DNA of 64,000 nt from Prorocentrum cordatum (GCA_963575745.1 CAUYUJ010000001.1:3224001-3288000); one strand, 5' to 3'. Shown: positions 25,521-37,452, counted from the first letter of the stretch. Notes: generated by a model from the sequence alone, not told the origin. Made by a program: numbers and translations.

Positions 25521-25689
25521 TACACCTTGGGCGATGCTGAAGAAAACTTCAATTTTCGGCCAGAGTCTCGATGATTCTTAGTGTTTCGATGTACATCCTA
25601 AGATGTCAATAGCAATGTTGGGTTTTTATTCAAGTTCTGAGACTATGAACTTCTCAACCCATGATTTCTTAAGCATTTCGCAGGGTGTA
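25521..25689. mobile_element. MITE-like element, 169 bp, CTCC(T) duplication
   Basis: Left TACACCTTGGGCGATGCTGAAGAAAAC versus reverse complement of right TACACCCTGCGAAATGCTTAAGAAATC; CTCC at 25517-25520 and 25690-25693. Confidence 0.75.
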
Positions 25690-25812
25690 CTCCTGCCCGG
25701 GATGGAGAGCACATGGCCGAGCGTGGGGCCGCGGCGATCCGACTGCTTAATGCGCCGTTCCTCGCGCGGGGGGGCGCAGCCCAGGCCGCGGGGGGAGGGC
25801 GGCAAGGGGGTC

Positions 25813-26260
25813 GAGGAGGGAGGAGGAGGAGGAGGAGGAGGAGGAGGAGGAGGAGGAGGAGGAGGAGGAGGAGGAGGAGGAGGAGGAGGAGGAGGAGGAG
25901 GAGGAGGAGGAGGAGGAGGGGAGGGGAGGGGAGGGGAGGGTGAGGGAGGGAGGGAGGGTGAGAGGGAGGGGCGGGGAGGGTAGGGGAGGGGAGGGGAGGG
26001 TGAGGGGAGGGGAGGGGAGGGGAGGGGGAGGGGAAGGGGAGGGGAGGGGAGGGGAGGGGAGGGAGGGGAGGGGAGGGAGGGGAGGGGAGGGAGGGGAGGG
26101 GAGGGGAGGGGAGGGGAGGGGAGGGGAGGGGAGGGGAGGGGAGGGAGGGGAGGGGAGGGGAGGGAGGGGAGGGGAGGGGAGGGAGGGGAGGGGTGGGAGG
26201 GGGAGGGAGGGAGGGGGGAGGGAGGGGGAGGGAGGAGGAGGAGGAGGAGGGGGGGGGGGG
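25813..26260. repeat. (GGA)n and (GAGGG)n purine tract
   Basis: Direct reading. Confidence 0.95.
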
Positions 26261-26528
26261 AACCGTGGAGGGGGACGGAAAAACAAGCGGAGCGACAGGG
26301 GCGGCCGGGGGAGCCTCTCCGTCCGCCCTTCTCCTCCACTGCCCCCCCTGGCCCTCCCCCCCTCGCTCCCCTTCACAATTACCAATATGAAACTACTCTC
26401 TCCTCTTCCCCTGATGACGTCTTTTGGTATTCGCCCCCCCCCCCCCGCGTACTGTTTTTTACACAGGTTTCCCCGGAGTTGGGTTTTCGCCTGCATTTGT
26501 TTCCAACATGTTGCTCTCGCTGAGGCGC

Positions 26529-26700
26529 CGGCCTCATTTTCGGGCCCCGCTCGTTCCGAATCGTGCTCCCGCTGCAGCGCTGGCCTCATTTTCGTGCTTC
26601 CGCGCTCGGTCCGAATCGTGCTCCCGCTGCAGCGCTGGCCTCATTTGCGCGCTTCCGCTCGTTTCGACTCGTGCTCCCGCTGCAGCGCTGGCGTCATTTC
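26529..26700. repeat. Three tandem copies of a 50-60 bp unit
   Basis: GGCCTCATTT..TCGTGCTCCCGCTGCAGCGCT repeated three times. Confidence 0.85.
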
Positions 26701-27378
26701 CCGTGCCATGCCACGGCATGCAATGCAATGCTAGGTTGATGCTACGCTTTGCGGTGCTCTTCTACGCCATGCCATGCCGTGCTCTACAATGCATCGCGTA
26801 CCCTTTCGGGATCATTGCCCTGCTCGACATCCGACTGAGCGAGTAGAGAGGGGATCTGCGCCATGGTAAGGGATGGGAGGGAGGGGTAGGATGTCAGATA
26901 TGACGCGAGCGCACCTAGCTTGTCTCCCCCCTCCCCTTCTCCCTCCCTCCCTCCCCTTCTCTCCCCTCCCTCCCCTTTCTCTCCCTTTCTCTCCCCTTCT
27001 CTCTCCTTCTCTCCCCTCCCCTTCTCTCCCCTTCTCCTTCTCTCCCCTTCTGGCCGCTCCCCTCCCTCCCCTTCTCTCCCCCTGTCTTCCCGTTCCCGCC
27101 GCGCGTCTTGCATCCGTCCCTCCCTGCCTCCCCTGCTTTCGCCCCCTCCGTTCCAGATGCGGGGGGCGGAGCTGGCATCACGGCGCGTGCGGCTGCGGCC
27201 GGACAGCTGGATGCGGAGTGGGGTCGAATGCTTTGGTGCATGCAGTATGGAGGAGGCGAGGGGCAGAACCGAAGCGGCCCCCAAAGCATCGTTTCGCAGA
27301 GCACGTTGCCACGCGCCGTCTTGTCCAGTCGATTCATGCAAGTTCCGTCGGATGAACGATTGCGCTTCCATATGTCAT

Positions 27379-27539
27379 TACCCACGAAACCACCCCAACA
27401 CGACCCGAAGTCCCCAGGTTGCCCTTCATTCTCAGTTGGGGGCATCCCAGGACATTTTAAAACCACACAGATGGAACCTGTACGCCCCCCAACCCGAAAT
27501 TTGGGACTTCGGGTCGGGTTTGGGGTGGTCTGGTAGGTA
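27379..27539. mobile_element. MITE-like element, 161 bp, about 36-bp TIR
   Basis: TACCCACGAAACCACCCCAACACGACCCGAAGTCCC versus reverse complement TACCTACCAGACCACCCCAAACCCGACCCGAAGTCCC; flanks GTCAT/GTCCC match only 3 of 5. Confidence 0.7.
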
Positions 27540-27750
27540 GTCCCTATGCGACGCCTCTTCCTCCTTCTCGTCACAGGTGGGGTACCCATGGGGTACCTCC
27601 TCCTCCCCACCCTCCTCCGCCTCCTATGGGACGCCTCTTCCTCCTCCACCTCCTCCTCCTCCACTTATGGGACGCGTGCTCTTCCTCCTCCTCCTCCTCA
27701 TGACTGTGTTACCCTAGGGGACGCCTCCTCCCCCTCCTTCTCCTCGTCAG

Positions 27751-27880
27751 GGTTGGGCACCTCTCTCTTCTGCTGGCCGGGCCTCGGAGGGTGCTGTTCA
27801 CCGCGGCCGTCGCTATCGAGATCTACCACGCGGCCGCGAAGCTGCTCTGCTGCCGCCCGCTCTCGGCCGCGTGCTGCCCT
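27751..27880 (+). CDS. Coding-like island (..RVLFTAAVAIEIYHAAAKLLCCRPLSAA)
   Basis: GC3-rich codons after TCAG|G; boundaries uncertain. Confidence 0.25.
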
Positions 27881-27918
27881 TCTGCCCGCAGCGTGTCCGG
27901 GCGCAGAACTGGCATTCG

Positions 27919-28081
27919 TCAGGAGGAAAAGAAACACACAGACACCATTAAATCTCAATTCCCCAGAAAATATGGGAAAATATGGGAAGTGGGGGGGAAG
28001 ACAGGAACCCAGAAAATATGTGAAAATATGGGGAATCTTTTTATTTGTGTCTAGTTATTTGTGTGTCCCAGTTCCCCTTCA
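27919..28081. mobile_element. MITE family A, copy 1 (163 bp), TSD ATTCG
   Basis: TCAGGAGG...CCCCTTCA flanked by ATTCG on both sides; homologous to three copies at 43.6-44.4 kb. Confidence 0.85.
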
Positions 28082-28983
28082 ATTCGGGCCTGCCGTTCGC
28101 ACGATGCGCGGCATCATAATCCATCAGGGCGAAGCAGAAGCCGAAATGCTTCGGGCTCGCTTTCCCCACTCACGCACCTCTTATATCCTCCTCTTCCTGC
28201 CCCTCGTCACCTCCGCAAACTGCCGGCACGTATCCAGGGTCTTGGGCGCTTCTTTCAGGATAGCGAAGGGTTCAGTGCCTCTCTCGGCTCCTCATTTTGC
28301 CGTGCTGCGCGGCGTGCCACTGCTGCGGCAGACAGAACGACCTCCTAGCTGGTCTAGCCTTCTCCTCCTGGTCCTGCTTCCCCTGTTCCTATTGCTTGAC
28401 GCATGGCGCATATCATTGAGCACCTGCGCGAGCATCCCCGAGCCATCTAGGCAGAAGTGGGGAGAGGATAGCGAGGACGGGCACCATGGAGGTGTTCGGT
28501 ATCCGACTGGTCACGCCACGTCGCAAGGGCACGGCATTTTGAGTACATGTTTTGTTGCCTGCACATATTGGGAAACACGCAGCGCTGGTGTAGCATTATG
28601 ACACGACGCGAGTAAGCTATGTTTTGCAGTTTCTGTTCAGAGAGTGGTTGGGAGAGGAGGAACGAGTACGATCATGTTTTTTGTAGTACGGGTCTTTCAA
28701 TTATATGTGGTTTTATTAGTATAACTTCTTCGCCTCCCTCCTTCCTCCTTCCCGCCCGCCTCCTTCATCCTTCTCGCTCCCATATTCAGGTTCGCTCACG
28801 CTCAGAGCACCACTCATGATCATCACTTGCACACATTCTCATTCATACTCGCACATACTCGTACTCAACCAGTTTCAGACCTGATTGACCACGAGTACGT
28901 GCGTACTTGTAGTCACTCGTACGCGGGGGGACCTTCTAGACCCGTGGCCCTCGTCACCTCTTGAAAGCTCCAGGACTGCGCCG

Positions 28984-29086
28984 CCCCATTCCCCCATTCC
29001 CAAGTGACGGCAATGGCGGTCGCAGCGCACCTCGCTGGCGACATGCGACCAATCTTGTTTTCGGCGAAGAGTAGCGAGCCGGTACA
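28984..29086 (+). repeat. About 100-bp dispersed repeat; inverted copy at about 45244-45345
   Basis: CCCCATTCCCCCATTCCCAAGTGACGGCAATGGCGGTCGCA..CGGTA matches the reverse complement at 45244-45345. Confidence 0.85.
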
Positions 29087-29184
29087 ATGGTGTTACATAT
29101 GCTTATATCTATATACCCACACTCACTACCTATACGACCACCCTTCGGGTGACGAGGAGGTTCGGGGGGGGGGAAGAACCAACG

Positions 29185-29495
29185 TCTCACTCGTTCGGTC
29201 TCACTATCGATCTCACTATCGATCTCACTATCGGTCTCGCTCGATCGATCTCACTCGATCGATCTCACAATCGATCTCACTCGATCTATTTCATTCGATC
29301 GATCTCACAATCGATCTGACTATCGATCTCACAATCGATATCACTATCGATCCCACTATCGATCTCACAATCGATCTCACATTCGGTCTAACTATCGATC
29401 TCACTATCGACATCATAATCGATATCACAATCAACGTCATCATCATCATCATCATCATCATCATCAACATCATCGTCATCAACGTCGTCAACATC

Positions 29496-29527
<32 letters not shown>

Positions 29528-29855
29528 CATTATCATCATCATCATCATCGGGACACCATCATCATCATCATCACCTCATCACCATCATCAACATCATCAC
29601 CATCACCATCACCATCATCATCATCATCATCATCGGGACACCACCATCGTCACCATCATCATCATCAACATCATCATTATCGGGACACCAACATCATCAC
29701 TGGAACACCACCATTATCATCCTCTCATCATCATGATCATGAGCAACATCATCAACATCATCATCATCACCAGCATCGGGACACCATCATCATCATTAGG
29801 AACATCATCATCATCAACATCATCATCATCATCAACGGAATACATCATCATCACT

Positions 29856-29887
<32 letters not shown>

Positions 29888-30327
29888 CATCACCGTCATC
29901 GGGACACCATCATCATCATCATCATCAGCATCATCATCACCATCATTGGGCCATCATCATCATCACCTCATCCTCATCCTCATCATCAACATCATCATAA
30001 CCATCATCATCGGGACAGCATCATCGTCATCATCATTACCATCATCATCGGGACACCATCATAATCATCATCACCATTATCATCAACAACATCATCATCA
30101 TGAACCTCATCATCATCATCATCATCATCATCGGGACACCATCATCATGATCTTCATCACCATCATCAAATCATAGCTTTATCATCAACTTTATCAGGAT
30201 CATCAACATCATCATCATCATCGGGGTACCATCATCCTCATCAGCAACATCATCATCATCATCAATATCATCATCATCGGGGCACCATCATCATCACCAC
30301 CATCACCATCATCATTAATATCGTCAA

Positions 30328-30373
<46 letters not shown>

Positions 30374-30450
30374 GGGACACCATCATCATCATCATCCTCA
30401 TCATCAACATCATCATCATCATCTTTATCACATCATCATCATCATCATCG

Positions 30451-30497
<47 letters not shown>

Positions 30498-30590
30498 GGG
30501 ACACCGACGGGACACCGGCGGGACACCGGCGGGACACCGCGCGCCACGGGCCCCCGAGCGGGACACCGGCGGGACACCGGGGGGCACCGG
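29185..30590. repeat. 12-bp TCACTATCGATC array, then (CAT)n punctuated by CGGGACACC, then 11-bp CGGGACACCGG array
   Basis: Direct reading. Confidence 0.9.
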
Positions 30591-30765
30591 TTGCCGGAAC
30601 GGAGTTTTTTGGTCCGGCCGCGCCTCAGCTACAGGAGAGTTCTTTCTCGCCCGCCCACGCAGCTTCGCCTCGCCCGCACGCACGGCACGCACGAACACGA
30701 AATCGAAACCGATTTCCCGGTAGAGGGGCTCTCCGTTCCACTTCGATCTCACCCCCTCACCTCCG

Positions 30766-30782
30766 ATATATGTATATATATG

Positions 30783-30816
<34 letters not shown>

Positions 30817-30922
30817 TGCATGCATGCATGCATGCATGCATGCATGTATGTATGTATGTATGTATGTATGTATGTATGTATGTATGTATGTATGTATGTA
30901 TGTATGTATGTATGTATGTATG

Positions 30923-30960
<38 letters not shown>
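30766..30960. repeat. (TATG)n/(CATG)n/(TG)n
   Basis: Direct reading. Confidence 0.95.
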
Positions 30961-31500
30961 CCTGTTCATACATTGTTGTAAGGCCGGGGGCCACAGAAAA
31001 AACGCCCCCCCCCCCCCCCCCCACACACCGAACGAATTTGGCCCACCCCGGGCCTCTCGGACAACCCTCCAGGCGACCTGGGAGAACCCCACGAGTGCCC
31101 GAAGACGGCCCCAGAGGGCTCTAGCCGTTACGGAGCGCTCCCGAAACGACCCCAGAGAGCCCCAAGACGGTCCACGACGACCCCAAAGACGGTCCACGAC
31201 GACCCCAAAGATACCGTCATTTCCCCAAAGACCGCTCCAAAACGTCCCAAAAGGTCTCCAAGAGCATGCCCAAGAAGGAAAGAGCGCCAGTGGATCACCT
31301 CGTAATTGAAAAGGGGGGGTGCTCCCAGAACCCCCCCCTCCTCCCCTTCAAGGTGGGGAGCATTTTCGGACCCCCCTCCCCCCCCCCTTGGCGCTGGAGA
31401 GGGGGGCGGCGATTTCGGACCCCCCCCCTTCCCCCACTTCGGCCAGGCAAGGGGGGGGGGGCAGGTGGAGAGGCTCTCTCCGCTCAGGATCGCTGGAGGC

Positions 31501-31746
31501 TGGGGTTAAGGTGGTGGTTAGGGTAGAGGTTATGGTTAGGATAGGGGTTAGGGTAGTGTTTTGGGGGTTAGGGTTAGGGCTTAGGGTTAATATTAGAGAT
31601 TAGGTCAGGGTTAGGGTTGGTTAGGGTTAGGTTAGGGTTTGGGGGTTAGGGGTATGGCATAGGGTTGGGGTTGGGGATCAGGGTCAGGGTTAGGGTGGGG
31701 ATAGGGGTCAGGGGTCAGGTCAGGGTTAGGGTTTAGGGTAGGGGTT
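31501..31746 (+). repeat. Degenerate interstitial telomere-like tract 1
   Basis: TTAGGG/TCAGGG/TTTAGGG variants. Confidence 0.85.
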
Positions 31747-31887
31747 GTGGTCAAGACGCCCTCCCCGCCCGCAAGCCGTCTCGCTCACTCCCACCCGCCC
31801 TCCAAACACATACGTCACACCCGAGCCTGGCTTGAGCCGCAGCATATTCAGCAGTCGTCTTTGGATGGGCAGCTACGGGTGGCGAAT

Positions 31888-31956
31888 CCGCCGCCGCCGC
31901 CGCCGCCTCCGCTGGCGCTGGCGCCGCTTGCCGTCGCCGCCCGCCGCGCCGCCGCT

Positions 31957-31987
<31 letters not shown>

Positions 31988-32007
31988 CGCCGCTCGCCGC
32001 CGCCGCC

Positions 32008-32038
<31 letters not shown>

Positions 32039-32151
32039 CCCCTGCCGCCGCCGCCTCCGCCGCCGCCGCCGCCACCGCCGCAGCCACCGCCGCAGCCGCC
32101 GCAGCCGCTGCCCCCGCCGCAGCCTCCGCAGCCGCCGCCGCCGCCGCCGCC
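31888..32151. repeat. (GCC)n microsatellite
   Basis: Direct reading. Confidence 0.95.
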
Positions 32152-32351
32152 AAGTGTACTCTGTATTGTTTTTTTGGCAGGGATGGTGGGGGGAGGCCGC
32201 ATCGGGTTCGCTGCGCATGCTCCGAATTTGGAGGCAGAGTGTGTTTTGTATTGTTTTTAAGAAGGGATGGTGGGGGGGTGCCCTCATGGACTCGGGTTGG
32301 CTCCCAGTCGCCTGGGGGAGGAGGTGTCTATTAATAGGGAACAGTGATGAA

Positions 32352-32670
32352 GGTTAGGGGTTAGGGTAGGGGTTAGGGAAGGGCTGGGGGTTAGGGTTAT
32401 GGTTTAGGGGCTTGGATTAGAGCTTAAGGTAAGGGTTAGGGCTTAGGATCAGGGGGTAGGGTAGGGTTTTGGGGTTAGGGTTAGTTCTTAGGGTTAGGGT
32501 CAGGGATTAGGGTTACGGTCAGGGGCTATGGTTAGGCGTAAGTGGTAGGGTTCGGGTTTAGGGTCCGGTAGGGCTTAGGGTTAGGGTGAGGGTACGCGGG
32601 GTTAGGGTTGAGGTAGGGGTTAGGGTTAGGGTAGGGGTTCGGGTTAAGGGTTTCGGGTTTAGGGTTAGAG
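32352..32670 (+). repeat. Degenerate interstitial telomere-like tract 2
   Basis: TTAGGG variants. Confidence 0.85.
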
Positions 32671-33004
32671 TCTACCAGGCTTGGCCACGATTAACCTTGA
32701 CCGCGAACCCACCTGCGGTGGCCGTCACTCCCACCCGCAAACCACCCCACCATAAAGATCATCTCTCCCCTCGTGATAACCACATCGAATACAACGTCGT
32801 CGACGACGACGACGACGACGACTGATGTGCGATCCACTTGGCACGCGGGTGCTCTAACGGGCGGGAAGAGTCGGGCAGGCGGACCCCAACGGACGGGACG
32901 GGTCGGGTCCGGCGGGAGGAGCTTACTTTTGGGGGCCCATGATGTGCTATGCCATGCTATAGTCCGGTGGCGGGATAGGCCTGGGATAGGAAGGAGTAAA
33001 AGAC

Positions 33005-33330
33005 ACTTGCACGCATGCGCAGCAAGTGCTATTTTTTGCAGTAGATGGAACCGGTTTACATAACGGGGTCGCAACGGGGACCGGGCATTTTGTATTGTAA
33101 AATACAAGAGATTCTTCACGCATGCTCAGCAAATGTTTTTTTTTGCAGTAGATGGAGCGGGGTCGCAACGGGGACCGGGCATTTTGTATGGTAAAATACA
33201 GGAGATTCTGCACGCATTCTCAGCAAATGTTTTTTTTGCAGTAGGTGGAGCCAGATCGCAACGGGGACCGGGCACTTTGTATTGTAAAATACGAGAGATT
33301 CTGCACGCATGTGTAGCAAATGTTTTTTCC
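33005..33330. repeat. Three tandem copies of a 95-110 bp unit
   Basis: TTTTTGCAGTAG..GGTCGCAACGGGGACCGGGCA.TTTGTAT.GTAAAATAC repeated three times. Confidence 0.85.
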
Positions 33331-33459
33331 CGGAAAGGGCGCGGGCCCAGGGTTCTCTTTTAGTTGGTAAACCTAATCCCCCGGTGCCAACTTGAAGGAG
33401 GCCGGCGGATTTTTTCCCTGATAAATATCGAGGTCGAAGGAGGCCGGCGGATTAAAATT

Positions 33460-34340
33460 TGAGGATGTCTCGAGCGAAACGCTTGTTTTTCAGAATTTGT
33501 TGAGGATGTCTCGAGCGAAACGCTGGTTTTGCAGAGTTGGGGATGTCTCGAGCGAAACGCTTGTTTTCAGAATTTGCTGAGGATGTCTCAAGCGAAACGC
33601 TGGTTTTGCAGAGCCGACCGCGACGCGGAAAAGCGCCCCGCGCGAAGGAATTTCGATGATGTCTCGACTAATTCGTTTGTTTTTGTACGATTTCCTGGAA
33701 TTTTGGCAGGATGTCTCGAGCGAAATGCACGACCCCACCCTAGCACGACCATACCCCAGCACGACCACACCCCAGCACGACCAGACCCCAGCACGACCCC
33801 ACCCCAGCACGACCCCACCCCAGCACGACCATACCCCAGCACGACCACACCCCAGCACGACCCGACCCCAGCACGACCCTACCCCAGCAAGACCACACCC
33901 CAGCACGACCACACCCCAGCACGACCTCACCACAGCACGACCACACCCCAGCACGACCACGCCCCAGCACGACCACGCCCCAGCACGACCACGCCCCAGC
34001 ACGACCACGCCCCAGCACGACCACCCCCCAGCACGACCACACCCCCAGCACGACCACCCCCCAGCACGACCACCCCCCAGCACGACCACACCCCAGCACG
34101 ACCACTCCCCAGCACGACCACACCCCAGCACGACCACACCCCAGCACGACCACACCCAGTCGCACCCCCGTGGAATGTTTCGTGGCGTGTCTGGTTGAGT
34201 GGTTGCCTGTTCGTGGGGTGTCTCGTGGAATGTTTCACGGGGTGTCTCGTGGAATGTTTCGTGAGGTGTCTCGTGGAATGTTTCGTGAGGTGTCTCGTGG
34301 GATGTTTCGCGGGGTGTCTCGTGGGATGTTTCGTGAGATG
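33460..34340. repeat. Stacked minisatellites: about 40-bp GGATGTCTCGAGCGAAAC, 16-bp CCCCAGCACGACCACA, 24-bp GTGTCTCGTGGAATGTTTC
   Basis: 33460-33730, 33735-34160 and 34170-34340. Confidence 0.9.
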
Positions 34341-34485
34341 TCGCCCAGTTGGGTATCGTGAAAACGTGACCATGCTGCACATGTCTTTATCCCTTTCCGG
34401 GTTCGTGGGTCCATCATGTTTTTCTGCAGTGGATGGAGCTGGTTTGCATAACGGCCAGTTTTGTAGTAGTCAGGGCTTAATCATT

Positions 34486-35530
34486 ATAGGGTTTGAAATC
34501 TAGGGTCGGGGTAAAGGTTAGGGTTTAGGGTTAGGGTAGGGTCTAAGGGTAGGGGTTAGGGTTCGGGTAGGAGTTAGGGTTGGGATTCGGGGTTCGGGTT
34601 AGGGGTTAGGCTTAGGGTTAGGGTAGGGGTTAAGGGTAGGGGTAGGGTTCGGGTTTAGGGTAGGGGTTAGGTTAGGGTGAGGGTATTCGGGGTTAGGGGT
34701 TAGGGTTGAGGTATGGGGTTAGGGTTAGGGTAGGGGTTAGGGTTGGGGGTTTGGGGTTAAGGTTAAGGTCTAGGGCTGGGGTAAGGGTTCGGGTTTAGGG
34801 TTAGGGTACGGGTTCAGGGTCGGGGTTCGGGGTTAGGGTAGGGTTGAGGGATTCGGGTTAGGGCTTAGGGTTACTATTAGCGATACGGTTGAGGGTTAGG
34901 GTCGAGTTTAGGGGTTAGGGTTAGGGCATAGGGTTGGGGTTAAGGATTCGGGTGAGGGATAGGGTTGGGGGTAGGGGTTAGGGCTAGGTTCGGGTTCGGG
35001 TTTGGGGTAGGGGTTAGGGTTAAGGTTAGGGCTTAGGGCTTAGGGTACGGGTTAGGGCAGGGCTGAGGGTAGGGTCAGGGTTCAGGGGGTTGGATTAGGG
35101 CTTTGGGTAAGGGTCAGTGTTTCGGATCAGGGTTATAGGGGTGAGAGCAGGGTTAGGGGTTAGGGTTAGGTTTTAGGGTTAGGGTCAGGGATTTGGGTTA
35201 GGGTTAGGAGCCAGGGTTAGGGGTAAGGGGTAGGGTTCGGGTTAGGGGTGGGGTTAGGGTAGGGGTCAGGGTTAGGACCAGGAGTTAATGTAGGGGTTCG
35301 GGTTCGGGTTCGGGTAGGGGTTGAGGTTTAGGGTTAGGGCTGAGGGTAGGGGTTAGGGTGGGGAATAGGGCGGGGATTAGGGTTTGAATTAGGGGTTAGG
35401 GTAAGGGTTTGGGTAGAGGTTAAGGTTAGGCGTAGGGTAGGGGTTAGGGTCAGGAGTGGGGGATTGGGGTAGGGGTTAGGGGTTGGGGCAGGGATCAGGT
35501 TGAGGGTTAGGTGTGGTAGGGATCGGGTTC
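34486..35530 (+). repeat. Degenerate interstitial telomere-like tract 3 (about 1 kb)
   Basis: TTAGGG/TAGGG/TTCGGG/TTTAGGG variants. Confidence 0.9.
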
Positions 35531-36449
35531 CGAAGCCAGGGGGCGGCGTTGCGAAAGGGGGGGAGGGGGGGGGTCCGAATTTCACGCTCAAAGTGGAGGG
35601 GGGGGGTTCGGACCCCCCCCCTTTGAAAAGGGGGGGGGGGTCTGCTGGCGACGGATCGGGGAAGGGGTGGGGGAGGGGTCCACTGTCGATGGAGCGGGAA
35701 GGGGGGGGGGAGTCTGCCGACGACGGATCAGGGAAAGGGGGGGGTTCCCGGACCCCCCTCCCCTTTTTGGGTGATCCAGCGGCGCGCCCTCCCCAAGAAG
35801 GCCCCAAGAGGCAAACTCATTGATTTTTGGTTGGTTTTGGGTGAATTTTGGGGTTCTCCCGTTTCGGCTCCCCGACGCTCTAAGACGGCGGTCTTCTGGG
35901 CGTCCGAAGCCGCTTGGGGGACTCAAAAATCGCTCTACAACCATCGGAAAGGGCATCGAGGCAGTCCAAGAGAGCCCCAAGACGGCACAGCAGGGTTCCA
36001 AGATGGCCTAAGGGTTCGTCCATGACGGCCCAAGATGGCTCCAAAATACCCTCCGACGCATTCCAAATCGTGACCCGGTCGTTGAGGGAGAGTGGTTGGA
36101 GGCAGGGTGGCCCCATGAAGCCCCCAGAGGCCTCCAGAAGACGCCCAGGAGGCCTTCAGAAGACCTTAAGAAAGCTTGAACAACTTTTGTGAGGCCCCCC
36201 GAGGCTCTCCGAGGAGGAGCCTCCGCAAAAAGAGCTGAGGATGATGGGGAAAATACGCAGCGTATGGCGAGAATGAGGAAAAAGAAACATGGAGGAATGA
36301 CAGCAAATAATATTATATTAACGGCGATGCCGGAAAAGGCAACAATAAGTTATCGCTAAACTGTCGGCTTGACCTTCCTGTCATTCTGCCTGCATACCAA
36401 ATTTCATAGACCAAGGTGCATGGCGCGAAGCGCCAATGCAGTCTTGTGT

Positions 36450-36674
36450 TGGGCGCCCGAGTTATCTGGGGTAACTCGGGTCCGGGGTAACTCGGGTTTG
36501 GATTCCCGAAAAAGGAACCCGAGTTAGCCCTGACCCGAGTTACCCCTGATGATTGGGGCTCTGGACGCCCGAGTTATCCGGGGTAACTCGGGTCCGGGGT
36601 AACGGGTTTGGGATTCCCGAAAAACGAACCCGAGTTAACCCTGACCCGAGTTACCCCTGATGATTCGGGGCTCT
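36450..36674. repeat. Two tandem copies of an about 112-bp internally palindromic unit
   Basis: CCCGAGTTA and TAACTCGGG boxes in both orientations, repeated. Confidence 0.85.
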
Positions 36675-36693
36675 ATATATATAATATATATAT

Positions 36694-36725
<32 letters not shown>

Positions 36726-36839
36726 CAGTAAGGGCTTCGCCCCATGCGGCCGGCCCCCTGTCTCGGATAATGGGAGATGCACAAGTTAAATGATGAGGTC
36801 TGGGCGCCGCCGTGAAGCAGTGTCGGGACCTGTTTGTCT

Positions 36840-37452
36840 TTCGACCCTGACCTTGCGGATCTGCGTCACGGGTGCCAGCGAATTTCAGAAACGTGGAACA
36901 TCCTTTGTGTTTTTCGACCCTGACTCCACGGATCTGCGTGAGGGGTGCCGCCGAATTTCAGAAATGTGGCAAATCCCATGTGTTTTTGAACCCTGACCCT
37001 GTCGATGTGCGTGAGGGGTGCCGCCGAATTGCAGAAATGTGGCAAATCCCATGTGTTTGTGGACCCTGACCCCGCCGATCTGCGTGAGGGGTGCCACCGA
37101 ATTTCAGAAATGTGGCAAATCCATTGTGTTTTTGTACCCTGGCCCCGCTGATTTGCGTGAGGGGTGCCACCGAATTTCAGAGATGTTGCAAATTCCTGAT
37201 GTTTTCCGACCCTGACCTTACGGATTTGCGTGAGAGGTGCCGCAGAAATGTGGCAAATTCCATGTGCTTTTGGACCCTAACCCCGCCGATCTGCATGAGG
37301 GGTGCCAGCGAAATTTAGAAATGTATCAAATCCCTTATGTTTTTGGACCCTGACCCCGCCGATCTGCGTGAGGGTGTCACCGAATTTTAGAAATGTGGCA
37401 AATCCCATGTGCTTTTGGACCCTGACCCCGCCGATCTGCGTGAGGGGTGCTA
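36840..37452. repeat. 73-bp minisatellite, about 8 copies
   Basis: GACCCTGACCCCGCCGATCTGCGTGAGGGGTGCC..AGAAATGTGGCAAATCCCATGTG. Confidence 0.9.

Noticed and set aside
33490..34503. Repetitive ORFs on both strands
   Set aside because: Translations of 16- and 24-bp minisatellites.
34486..35530. True chromosome end
   Set aside because: Repeats are highly degenerate and internal to the window.
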